Part shown: positions 11,780 to 24,600 of the stretch, piece after piece
How positions within the stretch are numbered: the stretch's first letter is position 1
Layout: each line of letters opens with the position of its first letter
Origin: Podarcis gaigeae
Lineage: Eukaryota
Assembly (NCBI GenBank): GCA_964106915.2
Contig: OZ066919.1
Direction: 5' to 3' (one strand)
DNA length: 64,000 nucleotides
Notes under the pieces: generated by a model
Seen by the model: only the letters and a program-made list of their open reading frames with translations
Database searches by the model: none
Told to the model about the DNA's origin: nothing
Translations under genes and position numbers: made by a program

Positions 11780-12310
11780 CTCACCCACCCCAAGCTTTTA
11801 TCCTAGCTCCGCCATTTTCTGACAGGCTTTGCCCATCCGCGGGTTCAGCATCACACGCCTGACGTCACAGCCGCGCGCCGCGGGCGCGGAAAGAGAAAGC
11901 AGTGGCGAAGGCGGGTCGGGGCAGCAAAGACGTCAGCCACCCCTTTCGCTGCCTCGCGCCAAGCAGCTGCCGCGCAGACGCAGTTCTAGTGCCTGCTAGG
12001 CGCTGGAAGCGGCGGCCGCAGGGCTGCATGTGCGCCTGCGCACCTGCCGGGGCTGGCGGTTCAAACGTTGCGTAGCGCCGCTTCACTCCCCCTCCCCCTC
12101 CTTTTACTCACCGCGGACGTTATCGAACGGGATTGGTGGGAAGGGTCCGCGGGAGGCTTGTGATTGGCTGATGTGGCGATAGAGGCGGGAGAAGCCGGAG
12201 TTGAATTGGCCGTTGGGCGGCGAGGGACAGGAGCAGCAGCTGAGGTAGTTCCACGTTTGGGCCTGTCAGTATTTTCTCCTGAAAAGGCTCCTCCGTCGCT
12301 TCGACGACCT
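11780..12310. promoter_or_regulatory. CpG-island promoter and non-coding first exon(s) of MTG2
   Basis: CpG-rich segment with a YY1-like CCGCCATTTT (11809-11818), CRE TGACGTCA (11860-11867), NRF1-like TGCGCCTGCGCA (12031-12042) and three ATTGG/CCAAT boxes (12132, 12163, 12205). Minus-strand donors TGG|GTGAGA after 11785 and GCG|GTGAGT after 12112. Confidence 0.8.
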
Positions 12311-12939
12311 ACAGTTATGCAGGCGGAACTTTATAGGGCCATTAAACATAACTGAGCATGTAATTGATAACTATTTCTTTTTAATTTTTTTTTTTACACA
12401 TTGACACATTATATATTTATTTATATCCTGCCTTTTTCCCTCATGAAACTCAGGGTGACTTACAACGTGAACTCCATGGTTCTATGAAATACAACCAAAA
12501 CGTCACAGCCCCAGCCCTTTCCATTTCAAAGTAGCCATAGTTCCCAAGGACCTTTTATTAAAAGCAGCAGCAGCAGCCAGTTCACGTGCCAACGGCAGAA
12601 GGACCCAAGGAGGGAGCCAGTCTGGCTTCTCCGGGGAGAGAATTCCAGAGTGAGGGAACAGCCACTGAGAAGGCCCCTTTGGCAGACGCACTTTGACTTG
12701 TTACCGTAAGCATCGTATAAATATACCAGCAATGAACTTAGGTGAGTTATGTGACATAATGTAACTAAAATAGCACCATATGACATACATGGCTAAAATG
12801 GCACCATTCACACAATCAGCAGGTATATGCTCAACCAGGGGAACCCTTGATATTCTGTTAATACAGGCATCCGCTCACTCACACAAGGGCCTGCATGTGC
12901 ATAAGTGAAATCACATAAAGTGGGGAGTACCCACTAAAA

Positions 12940-13268
12940 GGGACATGGGTGGCGCTGTGGGTTAAACCACAGAGCCTAGGACTTACTGATCAGAAGGTCA
13001 GCGGTTCAAATCCCCTTGACGGGGTGAGCTCCCGTTGCTCGGTCCCTGCTCCTGCCAACCTAGCAGTTTGAAAGCATGTCAAAGTGCAAGTAGATAAATA
13101 GGTACCGCACCGGCGGGAAGGTAAACGGTGTTTCCATGCACTGCTCTGGTTCACCAGAAGAGGCTTAATCATGCTGGCCACATGACCTGGAAGCTGTACG
13201 CTGAGCACCGCAACCCCAGAGTCGGCCACGACTGAACCTAACGGTCAGGGGTCCCTTTACCTTTTACC
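12940..13268 (+). mobile_element. Sauria-type SINE, near full length
   Basis: tRNA-like head (GGTGGCGCTGTGG..GGTTCAAATCC) and GGGGTCCCTTTACCTTTTACC tail. Confidence 0.88.
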
Positions 13269-13815
13269 CAGGTAGGATGAGCAGCCTAAACAAAGTCCCG
13301 CTGTGCCTCTAGTCTCTTTGGGGCTTCGTCTGTCCTTCACAATGTCCTCTTCAGCTTCTGGGGAGGGTCTCCTCGAGCCATGAGGACTCTTCAGCTGGTT
13401 TTTATTTATTTCCTGGTTTCTATTTATTTCTCAGCGCCATGTATATATACATGGTCATGTGTGAATAGATCACGCATAAGATTCCTGCATTGCAGGGGGT
13501 TGGACTAGATGACCTTGGGATCCCTTCCAGCTCTACAGTTCTATGATTCTATAAATATGGGGGTACCTGCACTTGGCTCTACTAATTTCCAGTGTCTAAT
13601 CTGAGAGAAGATATGGACACTGAATTCTGAACATGGCAAAGGTGCTGTTGGTTTGCATTTTTCCCAGTTTGAATGTATTCAACCTGCACATGTGTCAGTG
13701 ATCAAAACTGCTTTTCATCAGTTTTGAGTCCAACTGTTTTGCCAATTACAGCCCAGTCTGGAAGAGGTATATCTAGCCTCAGTCACTCACACACTGGTTC
13801 AGATACAATAAACTA

Positions 13816-14041
13816 CAGTGGTACCTCGGGTTAAGAACTTAATTTGTTTTGGAGGTCCGTTCTTAACCTGAAACTGTTCTTAACCTGAGGTTCCACTTTA
13901 GCTAATGGGGCCTTCCATTGCCACTGTGCCACCGCTGTGCGATTTCTGTTCTCATCTTGAAGCAAAGTTCTTAACCCAAGGTACTATTTCTGGGTTAGCG
14001 GAGTCTGTAACCTGAAGCGTCTGTAACCCCAGGTTCCACTG
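13816..14041. mobile_element. Tc1/mariner-type MITE, family A (inverted relative to 8340)
   Basis: TA-CAGTGGTACCTC ... GGTTCCACTG-TA. Confidence 0.88.
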
Positions 14042-14869
14042 TACATTCAGCCCATGCAAAGGTAAAAAGATTTCTGACTTTTGTCAGGCTTCTGACAGCC
14101 ACCTACATTTCTGCCTTATGGAATGCAAAAGACATTGTCACAATTCAATGACACATTCTTGCCATGCAAAGGCTTTGTGGAGGGCTTGAGAAAGGGCTTG
14201 TGAGAGAATGGCCTGGAAAGAGTCTCAAGGGCAACAGTCAACTCCCAGGCCTGAAGTTCTCTAACATGGATTACACCATTATGAAGGCATTGCTCTCCAG
14301 CTCATCATTAGTTAAGGTCAGAATGGTGGTACCAGTGACAGGGCTTTTTCATTGGCTCCATAGTTGTGGAACACTCCCTAGAGAAATCCAACAAATTCTC
14401 TCTTACTGTTTTTAGACACTGCTGTGGATACCTTTTCGTTCCATCAGGCTTTCTATGAGGGGTAAGTATTCCTCTTTCCACGCTCACTGCTATATACTGT
14501 TTTAAAAACATTTTTTTGCTGGTGTATTTTCTGCCCTGCCTGTTCTTTACTACTGTTTTTATTGCTACTAGAAATTATTTGGAAAGATTTTATTCTGAAA
14601 GGCAGGGTATAAACAAATTTATCTTAAATTCAAATTTATTAAATTGGATTCCAATGGCTTATTGGTAAATTACCCCCATGGGAGTGGATTGCTAATGAAC
14701 TATTGGAATTCATGCAGCATTCTTTTAATTCTATGAATATATCAGTTCTATGTTACTGTGTCAATGCCTTCTAGTGAGATCATTGGCTAAATAGGAAACT
14801 AGAAAACCTGATCTTGAAATTCAAATGAGATTTGACATTTTGAAAACTGACATTAACACTTTTTCTCAT

Positions 14870-17800
14870 GCAATGATCTTTACTTGAAATATTTCAGAAT
14901 ATAAATGAAGTGTGATTAATGTATTGTTTTCATTAAACCTGCAATTAAAAAAAGAACAGACTTCAAACATGATTACAGCAGTCCTTTTAAAAGTCTTTTC
15001 ATCATACGAAAAAGTACCATTACTTGGCTTCACAATCAATTCATTTTAACCTAAAACATGTCCAAACATTCTGTATTACAAAACAGAAAATATGATACAA
15101 TTAATGAAAAAAGTCAAAATGCTGGCATCACCGTTTTGTTTCCACATCAATACATAAAAATGGACAACACATTAAATATTTTGTTATTAACAGTTAGAAA
15201 TATTAACACTAAAAATCATGTATAAATTAGGAAATAATGTACAAACTATTTCCAAAGCGCTCTTTCAAATACAGTATATACACAACATTCAAGAAATTCT
15301 TAATGTAAGACATTTCCAACTGATGCGATGTTGCTGTTTTACTTGTTAAAATGCTTGTGGTCTTTAAAAAATGATTTTCAGCAATGCTAAAAACCATACG
15401 AGAAGCAGATGTCAAAGCTGGTAAGGAGCAATGCATTCTTTTCTGGCTATCAGTAAACTCTAATGTGAAGGTGACCATTGTTTATTCTAACACCTCGATG
15501 TTCTAGGCAGGCAATCCATTAGTGTTTCCCACTGTACCGGTGTGAGCTTCTCCTGCATCAGCACAAACAGTCAAGTCATTACAAATGCCAGGAACATAGG
15601 AGACCCTACAGTGTAGTTGCCATGCAACAACTGCTGGAAATTTTGCAGTGGCTGTTGGCCAGGGTACTCTGCACGAGGGGCTCATGGCTTCTTGCAAAGG
15701 CCTCTTTTGATTGCTCCCTGTGAACATAACCACCCATTGTTGTGCAGTTACATGGGTTGTGAGGGTTCCTCCTGCAGGCATGACCAAGCAGGCTAGGCAG
15801 AGAGTTATTGGCCATCACCCAAAAGTGCTACATGGCACTGGCAGAGTTGTAAATAGAGCCATCGCTGTGCGTAGTGCTATGAAGGGTTCAGAAAAAGGAA
15901 GACAGAAATGACAATAGAGAGAAAAATTCTTCTTGATGAACAACTATACAAATGTTGATTTGTTTGCTTTGGGCCTGTGTGGCTTTGTATTTTCACTGAC
16001 TGCTTGTTAGCAATGCTAGGTATATTGGAGTCCCATCCCCCCTATTGCTGCCTTTAAAATTATTAAATAGTTTTCATTTATACCTTTATATGCTCTTAAT
16101 ATATTTTAAGTGGAATAAAAATTCCTAAATACATTTTGCAGAAGGGTAGATCTTGAGCAGCACTTTCCCTGACCCTCATACATATTCAGGTGAACAACAA
16201 ACTGAACATCTTGCCAATCTTTTACAGTTTAAATGTTTTAGAAGCTTTAAGTTTGGTTTATTTATGTTTAAACTGTATGTTGGGCAGCACTTGCATTCAG
16301 AGCTGAGTGGCATCTGACCCAAGGTATCATAGGGAAAGGGCTGTGTGGCTCCCTTTTCTGTATGCAGAAGGGAAAGGCTGTGCCAGAAAGTAGGAAGCAT
16401 GGGTGCCCCTCAGATACGCACCCCTGCAGAAATCATGGGGATGAGCAGTACTAGCTGAGGCAACTGAAGGAGAGGTGTGGAACTTGTAGCCCTCTAAATG
16501 CTACAAGGCCGCTGTCCCTGGGTTATAAGGATTTTACAGAGCAGTGGCCCATCCTGGAGTGATGATCTCCCTTAACCTACTACCCTGTATTGTCTTAGAC
16601 ACTGTCAGGCTGTACAGGAGCTTCGAGGGCTGAGCTTTATAACTGATAAAAAGGGCAGGCAAGAATTGTGAAGGAGCCCTGCAAAGATGAGGGGACCAAA
16701 GACCTACTGACTTCCTTTCCCTCTCTTTTCTGCCCTCCCCGAGTAGGGATCCATGTGATACTGAATGCCTGGTGTGTACCTGCTCTCTCATTCCCAGCAG
16801 GTGATCAGCATAAGAAACCCAGTGTGACCAAAAGACACACCGTGAGCAATAATTTTTATAGCAACAGTGCCTTTTAAATGCTACAATGTTTTCTGTAGTT
16901 CCTAACAATGCAGGATCCAGTCAGTTAAATATAATAAACAGTCCGTGAATATATCTGATTACTGGAAACAGCGTTTCCAAACTGCTACTGAAGCCAAAAT
17001 ACCAAGGAAGAGCTATCATACTTAGAGTAGACCCACTGAAATAAATAGACTTAAGTTAGGCATGACTATCTTTTTGATTGATTGATGTCCAGGCAGATCA
17101 TAAGGTTAAAAATACAAAAATCAAAACATTAAATTGCAATATATTAATTAGTCTAAATATGCTCATAAAAATATTGCCATTGTAATATATAGGTCAACAA
17201 TCTTATTACAGAAGAAAGTCTTCAGTTAACTTGTCCGTTGATTTCTATCGGTCTACTCAGAGTATGACTTAGTTGAATGCAGCCCTTAAGTCTGTAACCT
17301 GATTTTGTTTATGGCTATATTTTTTGGTGGAAGGCTGAGTAAGTGGAAGGATCAGAAAATGAATTGGCAGCTAATCAGCTGCATGGGAAACATGCACTAT
17401 CTCTAATGTGCATGATACAGTTACTTTGTAGTAAAGTCTGGATGGTCATTTATGCTTCTCAACAACTTGTGTGGATATGAAGCTATATTGACTTTTGACA
17501 GACTGAATCTTGGAGTTTGTTTTACCTACAGCTTGGATAACAAGATTAAAATGGTACTAGTGAATTTTTGCTTTGGCAGATAGACGATCCAGATCCAATT
17601 AGAGTTAAGCTGAGTTTGGTCCCACTGATTTCAAGCACACACTCACTGCTCTCCCAGTGAAATCAATGGAATTTTAAAGTGCTTCGCTTTGGCTGCATTT
17701 CATCATCCTACTGGCTAAATTTGTTCCGCAGTACATTTTATTGTAAATGGTCATACTGCAGATATTTAAATCAGGTGTAAGTCTTTATGGTAGCCGTCCT

Positions 17801-19261
17801 AAGCACACTCAATTGGAAATAAAACCCCACTGAATTGTTACTGAATGAATCATAGAACTTTGTTTTTACAAGAATCCCAGTTTATGCCAAAGGCAACTAT
17901 ACTGGGTCTTCCCCACAGTGGTAACTATTTTGGCACTGAGTTCACACTATATCCTGCAGTAAATTAGTTATGTGAAGGAAATTCATTTTCTTTACATACT
18001 TGCCGCCTGAAGAAGGAAGGTTCCTTGTGGGGACACTCAGTAGAGAGAGGCAAATCTCTTCCCAGAATCAGGCAGCCCCATAGCAATGGAAGCACAGCTC
18101 TTCTGTTGCCCTTCATTATTAGTCCGGGAGCCTGTAATGGCTTTGCCTTCTTGATAAGGCACCTATTTTCCAAGCAATGCAACAGATAGACGTATACAAG
18201 AGATGCAAGTCTCATGAAGCAACTTGCAGACTTATTTTTGCTACAGGACACCACAAATGTCCCTTATGTTGATGTCATCACCTGGGCCAGGATGCATAAA
18301 AATGTGTCCTAGTACATGAATTATCCAAGAACATTATACAATAGGTACAGAAGGAATCAATCTTTTCCTTTACCAGATTCCAGATTCCTCGGCCACACAC
18401 TAACTGAACCCATGGTCATATATCCAGGATAGCTGAAATAGAGTAGTCTTCTCTGGTGGTTTAGTATAAATTCAGTAGAACTACTGCCCACATTTCAGCA
18501 GTTTAATGCTTCTTTGGTACTGACCTGCTATGGGATATAAGGGCATCATCCCAAGTCAGCAGTAAACCCCAATCATAAATAGTTGGTGGAAAGGTGACTT
18601 AAATAGGCCCTACTTACTGCTGTACTAATTTGTTGTTTCACTTTGAAAGTATCTAGCAAATCAAACTCATGCCCATACATTTCCGTATTTGCAGTTCAGA
18701 ATAAAAACCAAGAAAATGCAATAAAATGAGCCTATCCCAATACCATCAAATTAGGATCTATTGATTTCAGAGGATAGTAGATACAAAATAATCTGCAGCA
18801 CATCCAGGCTGTTTCACCTTGAAAACAATGCTAAGAGCAGTTACATGAGCAGAGCACGAAAAACTTAATTGTATGTGTTTGATGTATTACAGAATATTGT
18901 AGCCTTGTAGATGACGAAGAAGAAAAATAGCTCAGTGTGATGTGGATACTGATGTTCAAGTAACCTCTAAAGCTAGACATCAAGTGAGGGTGGGGGCAGG
19001 AGAAGGAAGAACCTTTGCATTGAATCAACATACAGTATTATACACAGCACCAAAACATACCAAACCGTTAAAGCATTGCCTTGTTACCAGTAGTGCACTG
19101 CTTCATATCCAGCATGAAATGAATACTATTTCACAGACAAATGCTCCTTTGTGCTAAGGGGGTTAACCAACATATTACGATTAATCAAAAACTGCCCGTA
19201 CATCCAAGTTCAAAAGACGGACATAAATATTGAAACAAATCTGACACAGGTGCTTGTCCTT
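14870..19261 (-). other. Putative long 3' UTR of SS18L1 (end uncertain)
   Basis: Repeat-poor AU-rich sequence downstream of the stop, with minus-strand AATAAA at 17742, 16262 and 15486. The true cleavage site cannot be fixed from sequence alone. Confidence 0.4.
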
Positions 19262-19288
19262 TTATTGCTGATAGTTTCCATACTGGCT
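19262..19288 (-). CDS. SS18L1: SS18L1 last coding exon SQYGNYQQ*
   Basis: Long pyrimidine tract then ttttaacag|; stop TAA at 19264-19262. Confidence 0.93.
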   Translation of the reverse strand, partial: SQYGNYQQ

Positions 19289-20544
19289 CTGTTAAAAATA
19301 AGAGAGAAAGAGAGAAATTAACACAGTCATTTCTACAGACACATAGGCCTGGTTCACATGCAACGCTAAACCAAACTATGGCTCACCATGAGTGAGTGCA
19401 AATACTCAGGAAAAATTGGGCACTATCTGGAGCTAAGCTTAAAGTTATGTCTACACCAGGCCACATGGTCTGTCCTCCAAACAAACTACATTTTTTTTCT
19501 TGGCTTATGGCTCATGATTTGTTTAGGGGAGACAAACCTTGAGCACAGGGTCAGACACACTCAGTTGTGTGGCAGCAGCAGGAGCTAGGGAGGAGCAAAG
19601 CAGTCACAATTTTCTCCTTGTGTACTAGCATGCTTACTTATTTATGCTAAGCTCATTGGAACAGCATCTGCTTTGTAAGGTCCAGGTTCAATCTCCAGCA
19701 TCTCCAGATAGAGCTGGGAGAAGCTCCTGTCTGAAACCCTGGAGAGCCGCAGGCATTCAGTGCCGGCAGTGCTGACCAGCATGGGCCAATGGTCTTACTA
19801 CATAAGGCACCTTCCTGTGTTACTATGTAACAATAGCACCTTGAATTGGGACCAGTAGCATGTTGGAAGGCAGCGCAAGTCGTGTGTGATCAAAGTAATG
19901 TGATTCTAGCAGGATGACCCGTTTAACAACCTGACCCACCACCACATTTTGACTAGCTGCAGCTTCCAGCCTGCTTTCAAGGGTAGCCATATATAGAGTG
20001 CATTACAGTAATCTAAATGGGAAGATTTACCTGCTCATAGCCGTAAGGCCTCTGTTGCTGTGCAGATGGTCCTGTCTGTGAAGCTCTGTAGCTTCCATAC
20101 TGTTGCCCCTGACCCTGTTGGTAACTGGAGTACTGTGATGAGGCTCCTTGGGCTGGACCTGGGAATATAACAGCAAACGTCTTGTCAAGAGTTCAAGAGT
20201 AGGTTGCATCATGTCATTAAAAGCCTGACAGCAGAAAAATATAAACATAATTTTGATACATGCATAGTAGACTACATACTTAAATTTCTCCTTCTGAGTT
20301 TGTTTGCATATTTGTTTACATATTTGTTTATATCCCACTTTTTAAATTGACAGAGAAGCTACAATAATTTAACCAATAATTTCATAAAGGTAATCTAACT
20401 ATAATTTCAGAAACAAGGCAGCAACAATTAAAAATAAAAACAAGCACAACATATAACAACAACCAGCACGGCTCTTTAACTGAAAGTTGACACATAGGAA
20501 AGTTTTCACTGGCCATTTAAAAGTTAACAAAGCTGAGGCCATAA

Positions 20545-20579
<35 letters not shown>

Positions 20580-21636
20580 ATAGCAACTCTGTCTCTACGA
20601 CCAAGCAATCTTATTTATCCAGACGGCAGGCCTTCAAGGAGGGCTTGTGAAGCTGATTTTCACCCCCAGGCTGATTCTTTTATGTATGAAACCTGCTTTT
20701 ATAGTGATAATAGACTGACAGGAGGAGAACTGTATATATATATTGTTGGATTTCAAAGGTTCCAAGGCAGTACTTACTTTTGCATTTAGTTTTGGTGCTT
20801 TTCTTATGGTAATGACTAATAAAAACTTGACAGCAAGGATGATATCCCTGAACTTACAATTAGGCTCAGAAGACAGTTGCAGACACAGGTCTTATTTGCA
20901 TTACTGTCCACTCCTTTGCATGTTGACTCAGAAGTATGTCCCACTATATCAACAAATCTTACCCTTAGGTAAGTGAGCATGGGACACGTCTGTGGTTCTT
21001 TTTGAATCAACAGGCTACTATAAAGAAAACCTGTGTGGTATGATGGTTAGAGAATTGGATTTATACTGGAGAGACAAGTGTTCAAATCCCATTCAGCTAC
21101 AAAGCCAGACTCTCCCCACAACCTCTCTCTCTCTCAGCCCAACCTGCCTTGCAGGATTGTTGTGAGGATGGAAGGGGTTGGGACTACAAATGCTGCCCTG
21201 AACTCTTGGAATAAGGGAGGACTATTGTATTTCAATATTTTGTTGGAAGCCGCCCAAAGTGGCTGGGAAAACCCAGCCAGATGGGTGGGGTATAAATAAT
21301 AAATGATGATGATGATGATGATGAATAAGAAACCAGGAAGAAAGAACTTTTAATAAAGACTGGGGAAAGTTTGTTGAATATTTGAAAAATAATTGTAAAC
21401 AAATTAAAACGCCAGCAGAGTTGACATAAAATGAACAGTAAAGCTAAATAAAGGAAATTCTTAGAGAAAAATTAATAATTAAGGAATTATTTTGGATATG
21501 CAGCAGTAAAGACAAAATGAAAGGATCCACAGATAGAGGGGGAGGGGAGGTTGATTTGATATGAATTATTGGTTTTGTTAAAGAATTTGCATGTTTTGTT
21601 GTAAAATTCAAAAAGGATAAATTTTAAAAAGAGAGA

Positions 21637-21691
<55 letters not shown>

Positions 21692-24600
21692 GGAGAATGG
21701 GTACACAGTTGTGCAGAATCAAGCTACAAAGTAGAGCAAAGCAAGGCAATACACATTTTCTCACCATATCCTTGCTGCTGTCCTGGATAGCTCTGTTGAT
21801 TTGGGTATTGCTGCTGTGAATACGTTTGCTGTTGTACAGTTCCCTGTTGGTATCCCGCCTGCTGCTGGCTATACTGGGAATTCCCTAAAGACAGAATATC
21901 AATAGGGTTGATTTGCAAGCTAACCAGCACCCTACATCCACATAGGGTTCAATGGCATACTCTAAATCTTCCACGGATGCAGCCAGTTTGAGAGAAGCTT
22001 ATCCATAAAAGAAAGGCATCACTTCCAAGCACTAATCTGTGTGAAAGGGTGAGTAATGTGCCACTGTATTCACACCAGTTCTCAATAAGAAATGGTGCCT
22101 GCCAATGCAATTACTCCAGCTCATGTGTCAGTTCCTTCCTATGGCTACACTCACAGGGTTGCATATGGCACAGAGAAGTGCCTGTTTTTGCAGGGCTCAC
22201 ACAATACAGATTTCTAGGATCAGAGGGAACTTTTCAGTCACCTGCATCACTGAGCATGCATATACGTAGCCTGTGTGGAAACTTTAAAAAACAGAAATTC
22301 AGATATTTCAAGACTTGTACTTAAAAAAAGTTCTAGTTTGCCATGAAAGAAGGGGTTGTAGTCAACACTGTGCAAGGTTTCCTTTCCTCCAGAAGCAGAC
22401 GAGTATACATAGGTGTAGTTTTGGCACTTAATGCTTAAAGACTGGAGGTATGTGGCTGGACTCAACAGCTGATTGTTCAGTCCCATCCATCTAATCTTAA
22501 GGCTGCTTCAGAGCATGCAAATAGACACGACATGTTTTGCATGCTAAAGTTCCCAGGTTCAATGACTGGTATCTCCAGGAAGGACTGAGAAAGACCTCTG
22601 TCTGAAACACAGCTAGTCAGTATGGTTACTAATAAGCTAGATGAAGCAATGGTATAATGGAGGTTCCTTTATTCAGAGCAAGCTGGGGGTAGTGGGCATT
22701 TGTTGCTTACACTAACATAAGCACTGCAACACTCTCCCCCGCTTAAGTCTGAAGCCCCTCTCTGGGACATGGGGTATACTATAAGAGAAGAGGGCCAAAT
22801 CATTGCCCTGCTTAATGGACCAAAGAACCTTGCAGCTGGGCCTTTGTTGTCCTCAACATTAGAAGTCAGTTGCAGCTGGCAGTTTCCTGGGAGGCACTTA
22901 CCTTCAGCCCAGGGATTGGGAACCTATAGCACACCAAATGTTATTTGACTACAACTCCCATCAGCCCTGGCCAGTGATCAGGAAGAACGGGAGATGTAGT
23001 TCAGGAATGTGGAGGGCCACAGGTTCCCTATCCCTACTATACCTATTACCTAGATGGCGGCTGGCATCTTCTTAGAGGAAGACAGAACAGCTATATCTTT
23101 GTATTGCTAGCAGCAGTAAAACACTTTGTGTGTGTGTACACACATACACCCAACATCTGATGCGTTCTACAAGAACTGCTTCCATAACGTCTTCTTACCT
23201 CCTTCATAGTAGTGCTGTGTAGAATCTTCAAATGATCTGTCATAGCTTTGTTCAGAATAAGATGACTGCTGGTACGCATAATCACCGTGACCTATGACAA
23301 AAAGAAAGGTACATAAGAAATTGATATTTTTAAAATTGATTGTGCATTTTTCAGATGCATGACAATTTCAAACTTGTATTACTATCAACTGAGTTATGGC
23401 TCCTGCCAAATGTGTGATGTAGTGCACAGAATTCTGTTGACAGAACTACTCCCTTTGCAGAACTACAAGTCCCATTAGGAGGATGGGTAGTTAACACCTG
23501 CAGTGTAAATATGACTGAAGTGTAGCTCACACCTGGATTAAACAAAAAACATGGGGAGAAATATAGCAGCACTTAAATCTCTAAAAAGAGACGTGCAAAG
23601 GTTCAAACTCTGTTTTTATTTTTCTAAATTTTGGAGCTGTAAGGTTTATATCCCATGAGAAAGTTTCCCTTGAAACGCTTCAAAGACAAATGACATAGGG
23701 TTTTCTCTCCAACTGCCTTCCTAGGTTTTTCTTTGGATACATTTTGCAGCTGTTTGACCCCTCTTGCTGCCTAGTTCCATTCAGAGAGCCCACTGCCAAG
23801 AAGAAGAGTTTGGATTTGATATCCCGCTTTATCACTACCTGAAGGAGTCTCAAAGCGGCTAACATTCTCCTTTCCCTTCCTCCCCCACAACAAACACTCT
23901 GTGAGGTGAGTGGGGCTGAGAGACTTCAAAGAAGTGTGACTAGCCCAAGGTCACCCAGCAGCTGCATGTGGAGGAGTGGGGAAGTGAACCCGGTTCACCA
24001 GATTACGAGTCTACAGCTCTTAACCACTACAACATGCTGGCAATCCTGGTGCGCCTTAACCCTCCTACTTGCTGACACTGCTGGTTCACCTGGCCCATCT
24101 GGTTCAGCATCCTGTTTTTACAGTGGTCCACCAAATGCACATCAGAAGCCTGCAAGCGGGACCAGAGTGCAACAGCCACTGGTATTCAAAAACATTACTG
24201 TTTCTGACAATAGAGGTAGAGCTAGTAGCCATTTATAGCCTTATCCTTCTTGAATTCGTCTAATCCTTTTTTTAAAGCCATCCAAGTTGGTGGCTATTAC
24301 TGCCTCTTATGGAAGCAAATTTCACAGTTTAACTATGTGCTGTGGGAATACGTATTTGTTTTTGCCTCCTGAATCCTCCCAACATTCAGCTTCACTGGAT
24401 GTCCACAAGTTCTAGTGTTAAGGGGGTGGGGGGACAATTTGCTCTAGTCACTTTCTCCATGCAATGCATAATTTTATACAGTTCTATCATGTTGCCTCGT
24501 TTCTCTAAATTAAAAAGTCCCAAGTGTTGTTATTTGCCTCATAGGTGAGTTTCTCCATCCCCTTGATCATTTTAGTTGCCATTTCACTATGTGAATGGTG

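Noticed and set aside
12940-13015. tRNA gene-like A/B boxes
   Set aside because: Head of a Sauria SINE; no complete cloverleaf. The same applies to the family B SINE heads.
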